A stretch of 32,000 nucleotides of DNA from an uncultured bacterium. Lineage in GTDB: Bacteria > Auribacterota > JACPWU01. Position 1 is the stretch's first letter. Each line of letters begins with the position of its first letter. The notes under the pieces were generated by a model. That model was not told the origin of the DNA. It saw only the letters and a program-made list of their open reading frames with translations, and did not search any database. Position numbers and translations under genes: made by a program. This document shows, piece after piece, positions 15,416 to 26,982 of this stretch. The stretch lies in NCBI GenBank assembly GCA_964640155.1, contig CAZXEQ010000004.1, positions 120,001-152,000 of the forward strand, in the 5' to 3' direction.

Positions 15416-17068
15416 TCATTTATCACGTACTTGAGCTTGGGATTTTTTCATAAAAAATCCTATTATTGTGCCTGTTAGCCCTATATCAAACAAAATGCCC
15501 ATTCCTATTTTTATATAAAAAGCTGCCGAGATAAAACTTTTCCCCAAAGCAATACGGTGAAAAGGAAAACTAATGGGCATAATCATGACAATCAGATAAG
15601 ACATTGATACAATCAGAGTTAAAATCCCCCCAAGACCAGACATAATTTTTGAAGGATTGTCCGTGCTAAAATTGGGATAAAGTGTTCCCAACCCTAAAGA
15701 AATCCAAATAAGACCTACTGTGATGAGACATAATATAAACGAAGCAAGAAGAATACGCGATAAAGAGGCCTCTAATATAATGTTAGATAGTAAACTGATC
15801 CCCTGCCCTAATATTGTAAATAACAAAAAAGGAAAATAAAATTTAACTTTAAAAAAATCTTTGGGTTTTTCAGGCGCCAAAGCGGTAAGCCAATCTTTAC
15901 GCCACTCTAAACTAAATTGAGGAAAAACAAATCTTAAGCAAAGAGTTCCTATCATTAGTCCAATTGCAGCAAGATTTAGAAAATAAATCGTATTTCTCCA
16001 ATAAGGATGATCAACATAGGCTTGAATATTTTTAAGGTTTGTAGTGTAAAGAATCATCATTGCACCTAAAAGAACTAATTGAATCCACTGACTGGGATCT
16101 CTAACAAGACAAAGAATATCTTTTTGAATCCAACAAGACATTCTAACTCTATGAATCATTTTTGAAAAAAGTGTTTGAGTTGAAAAACTCTTACTTTCTT
16201 GCGCTCTTTCCCAAACTTGAGGGTAATATTTTTTTGAAAAGATGAATGCTAAATCTAAAAATAGTACAGTTATGCTCAGCAGTACCATCAAAAAGAATAA
16301 TCCTTCCATCGTCTTCCCATGAGAAATGAGAAGCAGACCTTTAGCCAACCATGAGCTTGGAATAAAGTTAGATCGACAGAAAGATAACCCCTCAAGAAAT
16401 TTTTTCATAAAACTAAGAATTTGATAGTCAGAATCCCCTGCTAGTTCGGAAGGAAATTTAAGCAAATAGACTAAAGTGATGATAAAAAAAATGAATAATA
16501 AACCAATAATGAGAGAGCTTTTTCTTCGTTTGCTAAGTTTTAAACTTATATAGGTCAGGAATGACCCCAAAATAGAGGCCGAGATAACAAAAAGAAAAAT
16601 AAAAACAGCACTTAAAACATAATAAATCCAAGAACTTTTCGTTGCGATTCCAAAAGCAATAAAGAAAGGGAAAAATAGAAAAAGAAATCCCCAAGAGCTC
16701 CATATTGTCGCCTCAAAAAGTTGTTTAAAAAAGATAATACGTGGGCTGATAGGCATCGAGAAAAGAAAGAAGGTTTCTGGTGCACGATACTGTATGCCAT
16801 AGGCTACTACAGCATTTGAGAAAATTAGCATAAGCCAAAGAATAAAAAATAGAAAATGTAATAATCGATCTAAAAGAAGCTCCCCTACAATCGGAAAACT
16901 ATAAACAAATCGAAACCCCCAGAAAAAAGATTCATATCCTAAAATGAGATATCCTCCCAGAAAAGAAAAAATAATCCATTCTCTTAAAGAAAAAGGCCAT
17001 CGCCGATGAATCTGATTTTTAAAAATAAATAGAGTGCTTTTAATAATTGAAACAACATTTGAAATCAT
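15416..17068 (-). CDS. Large polytopic ABC-transporter permease-like protein (about 12-13 TM in a single polypeptide)
   Basis: 550 aa, hydrophobic segments throughout. The ATG overlaps the stop of the ABC ATPase by 4 nt. No specific family recognised. Confidence 0.75.
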   Translation of the reverse strand: MISNVVSIIKSTLFIFKNQIHRRWPFSLREWIIFSFLGGYLILGYESFFWGFRFVYSFPIVGELLLDRLLHFLFFILWLMLIFSNAVVAYGIQYRAPETFFLFSMPISPRIIFFKQLFEATIWSSWGFLFLFFPFFIAFGIATKSSWIYYVLSAVFIFLFVISASILGSFLTYISLKLSKRRKSSLIIGLLFIFFIITLVYLLKFPSELAGDSDYQILSFMKKFLEGLSFCRSNFIPSSWLAKGLLLISHGKTMEGLFFLMVLLSITVLFLDLAFIFSKKYYPQVWERAQESKSFSTQTLFSKMIHRVRMSCWIQKDILCLVRDPSQWIQLVLLGAMMILYTTNLKNIQAYVDHPYWRNTIYFLNLAAIGLMIGTLCLRFVFPQFSLEWRKDWLTALAPEKPKDFFKVKFYFPFLLFTILGQGISLLSNIILEASLSRILLASFILCLITVGLIWISLGLGTLYPNFSTDNPSKIMSGLGGILTLIVSMSYLIVMIMPISFPFHRIALGKSFISAAFYIKIGMGILFDIGLTGTIIGFFMKKSQAQVRDK

Positions 17069-17826
17069 AGAATATCAGTTGAAATAGACTCTTCACTTTC
17101 ATGAGTGATCGCTAAAAAAGCGGCTTCTAAATTAGGTGCATTATGTCCTAATCTTTTTAACTCTGCAGTCGTGCCTGTGACCATTAACCGCCCTTTATGA
17201 ATGATGCCAATACGATCCGCCAGTTCTTCTGCAACCGAGAGGGTATGCGTTGATAAAAATACTGTAACCCCTTCACGAGTGAGCCTCTTAAGTGTTTCTT
17301 TAACATGTTTTGCACTTCTGGGATCCAGTCCAACCATTGGTTCATCGACCAGCAAAACAGAAGGACAATGCAGAAGCGTTGCACAAAAGGTCAATCGACG
17401 CTTCATACCATGAGAAAGTGTTTCAATGAGATGATTTTTAAACTCAAAAAGATCAAACTGATTTAAAAGCTCTTCACTCCTTTGTATAACAATTTCTTTT
17501 TTGATTTGAAAAAGAGATCCCACAAAGTGTAAGAATTCATAACAGGTTAATTTATCGTAAAGATAAGGATTATCAGGGATGTATCCAATTTGTTTTTTTA
17601 CTTCCATTGGATTTTTTTGTGGATCAAAACCACCAATTTTAATTTCGCCACTTGTGGGTTTTAAAAGCCCTGTAATCATACGAATAGTGGTAGTTTTACC
17701 AGCTCCGTTAGGCCCTAAAAATGCAAAAAATTCTCCGAATGGAATAGATAAATCAAGTCCTGAAACAGCAACTAAAGAGCCATACATTTTTGTTATATTT
17801 TGCATCTCAATACTAAAGGATTTCAT
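17065..17826 (-). CDS. ABC transporter ATP-binding protein (ABC-2/NatA-like)
   Basis: Walker A GPNGAGKTT, Q-loop, signature LSHGMKRRL, Walker B LLVDEP and an H-loop; 253 aa. Confidence 0.92.
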   Translation of the reverse strand: MKSFSIEMQNITKMYGSLVAVSGLDLSIPFGEFFAFLGPNGAGKTTTIRMITGLLKPTSGEIKIGGFDPQKNPMEVKKQIGYIPDNPYLYDKLTCYEFLHFVGSLFQIKKEIVIQRSEELLNQFDLFEFKNHLIETLSHGMKRRLTFCATLLHCPSVLLVDEPMVGLDPRSAKHVKETLKRLTREGVTVFLSTHTLSVAEELADRIGIIHKGRLMVTGTTAELKRLGHNAPNLEAAFLAITHESEESISTDIL

Positions 17827-18434
17827 TGGATGACACTCTCAAATAGATCAGCAGATGGATATTCTAAAACATATGTTTCAAAATCTTTTGGGTTTTTAAT
17901 CTCTCTAAGCTTCAAAGAGGAAATTTGGAAGACAGCATTCGGTTCTTCTTTGATCAGCGAGGGAAGAATAAAAATCAAATTTTTGAGCTCTTCTTGATAG
18001 GGCAAAATTGTTGTTTTTATCTCCCCTAAAGAATTAGAAAAAATAATTTCAAAACGCCCATTTTTTGAAACTCCCATTATGCGATATTCCTCTTTATCAA
18101 AGAAAACACTTAAGCTAAGTTTTGACGGGGTTTGATTGATAACAAGAAAGTATCCTTTTAAAGCGATTTGAGATTTTTCTCCATCCCAACTGAAATGGGC
18201 TTTAGCCTTAATGTAATAAAGCTGAGAATTATTAGACTGCTTCGAGGTTGCAACTTCAAAAAGACAAAAAGGTTTGTTTTCAATAGAAAGTTCAAAAGTT
18301 TTTTGAATGTCATTAAAATTAGAGAACTCATGTTTTACAGAATCTTCTTGAATAATTTTATCATGATGATTTGTTAGCTGAATCATCATACTTATCCAGA
18401 ACAAAAAGATGCTGCTATGGACGAGATAACTCAT
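17823..18434 (-). CDS. Hypothetical protein with an N-terminal hydrophobic anchor and a predicted beta-rich body
   Basis: 203 aa; no recognisable motif. It is tightly packed: 6 nt after the upstream stop, and its stop overlaps the ABC ATPase start by 4 nt. Confidence 0.6.
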   Translation of the reverse strand: MSYLVHSSIFLFWISMMIQLTNHHDKIIQEDSVKHEFSNFNDIQKTFELSIENKPFCLFEVATSKQSNNSQLYYIKAKAHFSWDGEKSQIALKGYFLVINQTPSKLSLSVFFDKEEYRIMGVSKNGRFEIIFSNSLGEIKTTILPYQEELKNLIFILPSLIKEEPNAVFQISSLKLREIKNPKDFETYVLEYPSADLFESVIQ

Positions 18435-18440
18435 TAAAGT

Positions 18441-19694
18441 TTATCTTTTTTTAGTTTCTAAAGGGATATTAAGGACTTGTCCTGGATTGAGTATATTAGG
18501 ATCTCTAATTTTAGATCTATTAGAATAATATATCAGCCTCCATTTATCTTTATCGCCATAGAAAGCTGTTGCAATGGTTCTTAAAGATTCTCCCTTTTTA
18601 ACGCGATAGCGAATGGTTACAGGTTTTGAAACGGGTTTGGGAAATGGAGTAATATTCGAATGTGGAGTTTTTGTATATTGACGAGGTTGAACTTTTCTTT
18701 GTGTTGGCTGCATGGGTTGAATCATCGTTTTTGTTGCTTCAGCATTCATCTTAGATTCTTGAATCAAGACAATTTGCTCAGTTAATTTAAGCTCATTTGC
18801 CTTTAATTGATTAATCTGTTCTCGCAATTTCTTATTTTCAGCCATCAAAAGATAAGGCTGATGTTGAGAAGGATTTCTTGAAACTGAAGAGTCCTCTTGT
18901 TTCTTCTGGAGCTCTTGTAGACTTTGTTCAAGAACTTGTTTAGATCCTGTAAGATCTTGAACTGTTCTTGCGAGAGACTCATTAGATTGAGTAAGATCAT
19001 CGATTTGTCCAGCCAGAACTTCTTTCTCTTGCTTGAGATCTTCTATTTGCTTTGTAGCTGAATCGTAATCCTTTTTAGCAAGAATCCATTTTGCATGGAG
19101 GGCTTCTTGTTGAGTCTTTTGATTTTGGTTATTCTTAAGTTGCTCTTGTGTCGTTGCCATAAGATTCTCTTTTGCAATAACTGCTTCCGTTAATCTTTGG
19201 ATTTCAACTCTCTGCTCTTCGAGCTGAGTTTTTAGAGAATCTATCTCCCCTTTTGCGGCATTCAAAATAGATGTTTTTTGTTCTGAAACATCACGTGCAG
19301 GAGTATTTTTAGATATGGTAGTACTTAATTCTGAAACACCTTCTCCTTTTAAATTTTTGAGCCATTGATAAACTAGAACTGTCTTTTCGTCTGTAGGAGC
19401 AAGTAATAAGTAAGTTTCATAGTGCTGAATCGCAAGAGGAGTTTTCCCTAAATAGTCTGCATAAAGAATAGCCAGTTGAAGATGCGCCTGAGCATTTTTA
19501 GGATTAAGAGAAATTTCCTTTTCAAAAAACTGAGAAGCACTTTCCCAATTGCCTTCTTCAATGAGTTTTAACCCAGAAGATGTACTTTTAAGTTGGCCTT
19601 CAATTGATTTTGACGCATAAAAATTTTTGAAAACAAAAAAAGAAACCCCTATAAGTAAAACAACAGAAATAAGAATCTTCTGCCATTTCTTCAT
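18441..19694 (-). CDS. Membrane-anchored TPR + long coiled-coil + C-terminal LysM protein
   Basis: From the ATG at 19694 (ATGA overlap with the upstream stop): MKKWQKILISVVLLIGVSFFVF anchor. Next come TPR-like repeats (NPKNAQAHLQLAILY), a ~190-aa Q/E/L coiled coil and a Pro/Lys linker. The protein ends in a LysM domain (YRVKKGESLRTIATAFYGDKDKWRLIYYSN...LNPGQVLNIP). Confidence 0.8.
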   Translation of the reverse strand: MKKWQKILISVVLLIGVSFFVFKNFYASKSIEGQLKSTSSGLKLIEEGNWESASQFFEKEISLNPKNAQAHLQLAILYADYLGKTPLAIQHYETYLLLAPTDEKTVLVYQWLKNLKGEGVSELSTTISKNTPARDVSEQKTSILNAAKGEIDSLKTQLEEQRVEIQRLTEAVIAKENLMATTQEQLKNNQNQKTQQEALHAKWILAKKDYDSATKQIEDLKQEKEVLAGQIDDLTQSNESLARTVQDLTGSKQVLEQSLQELQKKQEDSSVSRNPSQHQPYLLMAENKKLREQINQLKANELKLTEQIVLIQESKMNAEATKTMIQPMQPTQRKVQPRQYTKTPHSNITPFPKPVSKPVTIRYRVKKGESLRTIATAFYGDKDKWRLIYYSNRSKIRDPNILNPGQVLNIPLETKKR

Positions 19695-21574
19695 CCACCC
19701 TCTCCTCGAGAATGAAGCCATGCTCTAATTTTATTTGCGGTAGAACCGTGAGGATTTAGCTCCAAGTACTTTTTATAATAGAAAACTGCGTTTTGGGGTT
19801 GTTTCTTATTCTCACCATAAATAAGTCCTATCCCTAAGTAAGCTTCTGAATAACGAGGGTTTGATTGTATCGCTCTTTTGAATCTTAAAATAGCGTCATC
19901 TAACCGACCTTGAAGTTTAAGTAAAATGCCAAGGTTGTAATGAGCAGGAGCATAAGAAGGATCTAACTTTATGACTGCATTATATTCTCGAGTAGAACTT
20001 GATAGATCTCCCTTCCATTTGTAAAGAATTCCCAGATTGTAATGAGCCTTGATATTTGAAGGGTCCAGCATAATCGATTTTTGATACGCAAGAATAGCTT
20101 GAAGATTCTGCCCTTTTTCTTGATAGGCAGCCCCTTGGTTGAAATAGATCATAGATTGTTTTTGAATTTTTGGCCCTTTAGGTACAGGGGGTGAAGTTGT
20201 AGGCATAGTTTTTACAGGAGCTGGCATAACAGGCTCTTTAGTTGGCATAGGAGCTTTAGTTTCTTTAACTTTTAAGACAGGCACGGGCACAGGTGTAGAA
20301 GCAGGAGGTGTTGATTTAGGAAGAGATATGGGCTTAGCTGTAGGAATAGTTTTAGGAGGCAATATCGTTGGAGCCGGTTTTAAATCCTGAATTCTTTTAC
20401 GAGCGGCTTCAGCTCTTGAATCTTTGGGAAAACGATGGATTGTTTCTTCATAAGTTTTTAAGGTTTCAGGAAGATTCTCCTGATCATACAGTAAAGCAAG
20501 TTCATACCATAAATCTGCAGAATTCTTATTCTCTTCTTTAGCTTTCTTTAATATTTTAATACTTTCGGCAGGAGCACTTGATCTTGATTTTGCAAGCGCT
20601 AGAAAAATTTTAGCCTCCTTATCGGAAGGATTATTTTTTAGAAAACTTTCTAATTTGGGAATGGCTTCTTGATATTGAGCCTGTTCATAAAATGTTTTGG
20701 CTTCCTCAAAAAGGTTTTGTTCTTGCGAAGCATCCTCTTGTTTAACTTTTTCCTGTTTAGTCTCTATTTGTTCTGGTTGCTCAGTTTCAATATGTTGTTG
20801 TATTTGTGTTTTCTCTGGCTTTTCAACCGCCTCTTTAGCTTTTCCCAATAAATCACGAATAAGGGCTACATTTTCACCTTGAGATTTTAGCTCGAGAAAT
20901 TTTTCATAATGAACAATCGCTTTTTTCTGATCATGTAAATTAAAATCATAAAGTATTCCTAAGTTTCCATACGCATCCGCATAAGATGGATCTAAAGCAA
21001 TCGTTTTTTGAAAAGCCTCTTCAGCTTTTTCAAACTCTTTCAATTCATAGTAAATAACACCCATAAAATTTTGTGCAAGAACATTTTGAGGTTCTTTATC
21101 TAGCACTTTTTGATACTCAGGTATTGCATCTGAATATTGCTTTGTTTCTCTAAAAATCGTTGCTAACAAATAGTGGAGTTGTGCATCATCTGGGGCTGTT
21201 TCAAAACCTTTCTTGAGAATCTGTATGGCTCCAGGAAAATCCTTTTCTTTAAAATAAAGATTTCCTAAATTCAAATAAGCTTCTGTGGAATGAGGATCTA
21301 ATTCGATAGCGATTCGATAATGTTTTTCAGATTGGGCAGGTAATCCTTTTTTCTCATACAAAACACCTAAATAAGTATGAGTTTTGGGATTGTTATATTC
21401 TTTTTCTAGGGCTTTTTGAGCCTTTTTGATTTTAGCGTCATCATCTTGGGTAGATTCAGAATTATGTCGACCACAACCAGGGATGGATAGCAAAACAAGT
21501 TGAGAGACTAAAAATCCAAAGAATAAAGTCCAGAATCCCAGAACAGTCTTATTTTTTGATTTTCGATTTTTCAA
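19691..21574 (-). CDS. TPR-repeat lipoprotein with a central proline-rich linker
   Basis: 627 aa. It has a K-rich n-region, a hydrophobic core and LSIPGC lipobox-like cysteine. Many TPR units are present (e.g. AYLNLGNLYFKEKDF, AHYNLGILYKWKGDL). The P/T/K-rich linker is at about nt 20160-20390. The apparent start is TTG. Confidence 0.8.
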   Translation of the reverse strand: MKNRKSKNKTVLGFWTLFFGFLVSQLVLLSIPGCGRHNSESTQDDDAKIKKAQKALEKEYNNPKTHTYLGVLYEKKGLPAQSEKHYRIAIELDPHSTEAYLNLGNLYFKEKDFPGAIQILKKGFETAPDDAQLHYLLATIFRETKQYSDAIPEYQKVLDKEPQNVLAQNFMGVIYYELKEFEKAEEAFQKTIALDPSYADAYGNLGILYDFNLHDQKKAIVHYEKFLELKSQGENVALIRDLLGKAKEAVEKPEKTQIQQHIETEQPEQIETKQEKVKQEDASQEQNLFEEAKTFYEQAQYQEAIPKLESFLKNNPSDKEAKIFLALAKSRSSAPAESIKILKKAKEENKNSADLWYELALLYDQENLPETLKTYEETIHRFPKDSRAEAARKRIQDLKPAPTILPPKTIPTAKPISLPKSTPPASTPVPVPVLKVKETKAPMPTKEPVMPAPVKTMPTTSPPVPKGPKIQKQSMIYFNQGAAYQEKGQNLQAILAYQKSIMLDPSNIKAHYNLGILYKWKGDLSSSTREYNAVIKLDPSYAPAHYNLGILLKLQGRLDDAILRFKRAIQSNPRYSEAYLGIGLIYGENKKQPQNAVFYYKKYLELNPHGSTANKIRAWLHSRGEGG

Positions 21575-21630
21575 GAGACGCCACCATTTGCAAAAAAGTT
21601 ACATACCAGTACTAAATTGGGTGTTTAATC

Positions 21631-22557
21631 CTAACCATTAGGATAAAGCGTCTTAATTCCTTCTTGATAAACTTTTGCAGAACGATGAAGTTCAGCCAGC
21701 TCATCTTGAGTCAATTTTAATTCAATAATATTTTCTACTCCATCTTTTCCGATTTTAATGGGAACTCCGATGAAAAGATCTTTCAGATTATATTGTCCTC
21801 TAAGAAGTGTAGAACATGGAAGAACACGCTTACTATCTTTACTGATAGCTTCGATCATTTGTACAGTAGCACTTGCAGGGGCATAATAAGCACTTCCTGT
21901 TTTTAATAGATTGACGATTTCCCCTCCTCCATTTCTTGTTCTTTCTGCAAGGGCATGAATATCTTGAGAGCTCAACAGATCAGTCAAAGGAATTCCTGAT
22001 ACGGAAGTAAATCGAATTAAAGGAACCATCGTATCGCCATGTCCTCCAAGAACCATGGTTACGATATCTAAAGGAGAAACCCCCAATTTTTGAGAAATAA
22101 ATGTTTTAAATCGAGCACTATCTAAAATCCCAGCTTGCCCCATCACACGTTCCGGCTTTAATCCCGATACTCTCCACGCATGATAAGTCATTAAATCCAC
22201 AGGATTGGTAACCACAACCAAAATAGGATTTTTAGAATACTTCATAATCTGTTGAACAATGTCTGTAATAATCTTGGCATTGGCCATCAGTAAGTCTTCT
22301 CGACTCATACCCGGTTTTCTGGCCAAACCTGCAGTAATAGCAACAATATCTGAATTGGCAGTTTCGCTGTATTGATTGGTTCCAACAACACTCACGCTAG
22401 AACCTTCAATAGATCCCGTTTGAAGCATGTCCAATCCTTTGCCTTGTGGAACCCCATCTAAAATATCAACTAAAACAACATCACCCAATTGCTTTTGAGC
22501 TGTTAAAAATGCAGCTGTTGCACCTACATTACCGGAGCCTACAATCGTAATTTTCAT
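21631..22557 (-). CDS. mdh: Malate dehydrogenase (LDH-like MDH)
   Basis: MKITIVGSGNVGATAAF, GLARKPGMSREDL (Arg at the substrate-specificity position as in MDH) and GGHGDTMVP. Confidence 0.92.
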   Translation of the reverse strand: MKITIVGSGNVGATAAFLTAQKQLGDVVLVDILDGVPQGKGLDMLQTGSIEGSSVSVVGTNQYSETANSDIVAITAGLARKPGMSREDLLMANAKIITDIVQQIMKYSKNPILVVVTNPVDLMTYHAWRVSGLKPERVMGQAGILDSARFKTFISQKLGVSPLDIVTMVLGGHGDTMVPLIRFTSVSGIPLTDLLSSQDIHALAERTRNGGGEIVNLLKTGSAYYAPASATVQMIEAISKDSKRVLPCSTLLRGQYNLKDLFIGVPIKIGKDGVENIIELKLTQDELAELHRSAKVYQEGIKTLYPNG

Positions 22558-22630
22558 GATCTATTTCTCTTTGTTAAATTTAGGGAAAATGCTTTCTCAA
22601 GTTGGAAACGTGGTTGGTTGAGAATGACTT

Positions 22631-22957
22631 TTAAGCTTTGTTCAGAGCAGAATTAATCCAGGCAACCAATTTGGTTTTAGGAGGAGCTCCAATGGATTGA
22701 TCTATCAGATTTCCATCCCTAAACAAAAGAAGTGTAGGAATGCTCATAATGCCATAACGAACAGCCAAATCTTGTTGTTCATCCACATTAACTTTTGCAA
22801 TCTCTACCTGCTCTGCATATTCTTTGCCAATTTCATCTAAAATAGGGCCTACAACACGGCAAGGACCACACCAAGGAGCCCAAAAATCAACAAGAGTCAA
22901 TTTTTTAGATTTGATCAGCGCTTCAAATTCTTGTGTACTGTTAATGGCTAAACTCAT
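22631..22957 (-). CDS. trxA: Thioredoxin
   Basis: 108 aa; WAPWCGPCR active site. Confidence 0.93.
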   Translation of the reverse strand: MSLAINSTQEFEALIKSKKLTLVDFWAPWCGPCRVVGPILDEIGKEYAEQVEIAKVNVDEQQDLAVRYGIMSIPTLLLFRDGNLIDQSIGAPPKTKLVAWINSALNKA

Positions 22958-22968
22958 TTTTTCTTTCC

Positions 22969-23361
22969 TTATTTTTCCTTCACATTTGTAAGTTCTTTAA
23001 TACGTTGAAGTAAAAATGATAATGTGACTCGATCAAAAGGCTTTAAAACATAGTCCACTGCAGCAATAGCGTCTGCCCCCTTCTCTGCAGCGATTTCAGG
23101 TGGAGCAGCAGTAAACAAAATCACTGGAATCTGACTTGTAGCAGAGTTACTTTTTAAATTTTCTAAAACTTCATACCCATCCACTTTTGGCATAACAAGA
23201 TCTAATAAAACTAAATCTGGAGAAATGCCTTTGACTACTTCAAGGGCTTCCTTTCCATTTGAAACCGTTTCAACTGTATAATCATTGATTTCTAGAAGCG
23301 TCTTTAACATTTTTTGAATGTTAGGCTCATCATCTACAACTAAAATTTTCTTCTTGGTCAT
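22969..23361 (-). CDS. Single-domain response regulator (CheY-like receiver)
   Basis: 130 aa; KILVVDDEP, LVLLDLVMP, VLKPF. Confidence 0.85.
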   Translation of the reverse strand: MTKKKILVVDDEPNIQKMLKTLLEINDYTVETVSNGKEALEVVKGISPDLVLLDLVMPKVDGYEVLENLKSNSATSQIPVILFTAAPPEIAAEKGADAIAAVDYVLKPFDRVTLSFLLQRIKELTNVKEK

Positions 23362-23441
23362 AAAGACACATCTCCCACTTGATTTTATATCAGAAAATTG
23401 GAGAAATTGACAATTAAAAAGAGAGAAGGAAAATTAAACTT

Positions 23442-23813
23442 TTAGAAGAAAACTTTTTTGAGGACATCTTCAATTTCAACAAAGTCGAAGGGTTTTCCAA
23501 TATACTCAAGAGCTCCTAATTTTTTCACTTCAAAAGCACCTTCGCGCGTTCTATAAGCTGACATCATGACAACTGGAATGGAAGAGGTACGTAGAGTGAT
23601 TTTCTCCAAGAGATCTTTTCCTGTGAGAGGACTCATTCTATAATCAAGAAAGATAAGATCCGGTTTTTCACGTAGAAGAATCTCATCCATATCCGTGATT
23701 TGATTAAAAGCAGCAACAAGATACGCCTTACTTTCTAAAAACTCTTTTAAAACCTGGGCAATACTAGGATCGTCATCAATGACTACTATCTTTTTTTTGT
23801 TTTTGATATTCAT
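23442..23813 (-). CDS. Single-domain response regulator (CheY-like receiver)
   Basis: KIVVIDDDP, LIFLDYRMSP, IGKPFDF. I prefer the ATG at 23813 over the GTG at 23825. Confidence 0.8.
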   Translation of the reverse strand: MNIKNKKKIVVIDDDPSIAQVLKEFLESKAYLVAAFNQITDMDEILLREKPDLIFLDYRMSPLTGKDLLEKITLRTSSIPVVMMSAYRTREGAFEVKKLGALEYIGKPFDFVEIEDVLKKVFF

Positions 23814-23913
23814 CGGTCTGCCCACCTTATCCCTATCCCTGCTTTTATTTTAAGAGGAATTGAACAAAAAAACAATATCAATAAAAAATTAGAGAGCCAA
23901 AGACCCCCCTTTT

Positions 23914-24801
23914 TTAAGCTGTCAAAATCTTGAAAATCTCTTGATAAAGTTCCGATGTTTTTTGAATCACATGCTGTGGCAATTCTGGGACAGGCGGCTG
24001 TTTATTCCAATGAATTGTCTCTAGAAAATCTCGAACATACTGCTTGTCAAAACCGGGTTGAGTTTGCCCAGGTTTGAATTGATCAGCAATCCAATATCGA
24101 GAAGAGTCCGGTGTGAGAAGTTCATCAATCACAATAAGCTCTCCATTTAATAGACCAAATTCAAACTTGGTATCAGCTAAAAGAATCCCCTTCTTTTTGC
24201 ATAATTGATGAGCAAATTTATAAATCGCGATGCTTTTTCTCTCAAGTTCGCGACCAATTTCTTTACCCACAATGTCACACATCTTTTGAATCGAAATATT
24301 TTCATCATGCCCTGTAAAAGATTTTGTCGCAGGCGTAAAAATAGGCTCTGCTAACTCGGATGCTTCAATAAGTCCAGATGGCAATTTTTGACTACATACG
24401 GTTCCAGATTGCTTGTATTCTTTCCACGCAGATCCTGCAAGATATCCTCGAACAACACATTCTATTTCGATCAGCTTAGCTTTTTTGACCAAGGTTGTCC
24501 TATGATCTAAAATTTGTCGATAAGGAGATAATTCTTTAGGAAAATCTTTCCATTCATTAGAAATAAAATGATTTGGAATAAGGTTGCTTGTTTTTTTGAA
24601 CCAAAAAGCAGAAAGTTCTGTTAGAACTTTGCCTTTATTTGGAATCCCATTAGGAAGCACATAATCAAAGGCGGAAATTCGATCACTTGCAACCATCAGG
24701 AGTTGTTCACCTAAATCATACATATTTCTAACCTTCCCTTTTCTAAAAAGAGGAAGTCGATCTAAAGATATTTCTGTTACTGTTTCAAGCGTGCTCGACA
24801 T
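23914..24801 (-). CDS. purC: Phosphoribosylaminoimidazole-succinocarboxamide (SAICAR) synthase
   Basis: From the ATG at 24801: MSSTLETV...GKVRNMYDLG, SDRISAFD, ADTKFEFG, DSSRYW. The track's 21-codon extension would overlap the upstream gene. Confidence 0.9.
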   Translation of the reverse strand: MSSTLETVTEISLDRLPLFRKGKVRNMYDLGEQLLMVASDRISAFDYVLPNGIPNKGKVLTELSAFWFKKTSNLIPNHFISNEWKDFPKELSPYRQILDHRTTLVKKAKLIEIECVVRGYLAGSAWKEYKQSGTVCSQKLPSGLIEASELAEPIFTPATKSFTGHDENISIQKMCDIVGKEIGRELERKSIAIYKFAHQLCKKKGILLADTKFEFGLLNGELIVIDELLTPDSSRYWIADQFKPGQTQPGFDKQYVRDFLETIHWNKQPPVPELPQHVIQKTSELYQEIFKILTA

Positions 24802-24814
24802 AGAGATTTCCTTT

Positions 24815-26862
<2,048 letters not shown>

Positions 26863-26912
26863 CTAATCCTTTTTGAAATGATACCATTAGAAAATGAATA
26901 TTTATTGCATGT

Positions 26913-26941
26913 TTGAAAATTAAGAATAAATAGAATATAAT
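26913..26941 (+). promoter_or_regulatory. Sigma-70-like promoter for the gspE operon: TTGAAA, 17-nt spacer, TATAAT
   Basis: TTGAAA (26913-26918), 17-nt spacer, TATAAT (26936-26941). GGGAG sits 8 nt before the TTG start at 26983. Confidence 0.4.
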
Positions 26942-26982
26942 ATTAAAGGTAAAGTCATTATTGAATAAAAGGGAGAACCTCT

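Noticed and set aside
20160-20390. Repetitive-looking proline/threonine/lysine-rich segment that might be a DNA tandem repeat
   Set aside because: At the nucleotide level I see no exact repeating unit. It is a low-complexity linker inside the TPR lipoprotein ORF, in frame.
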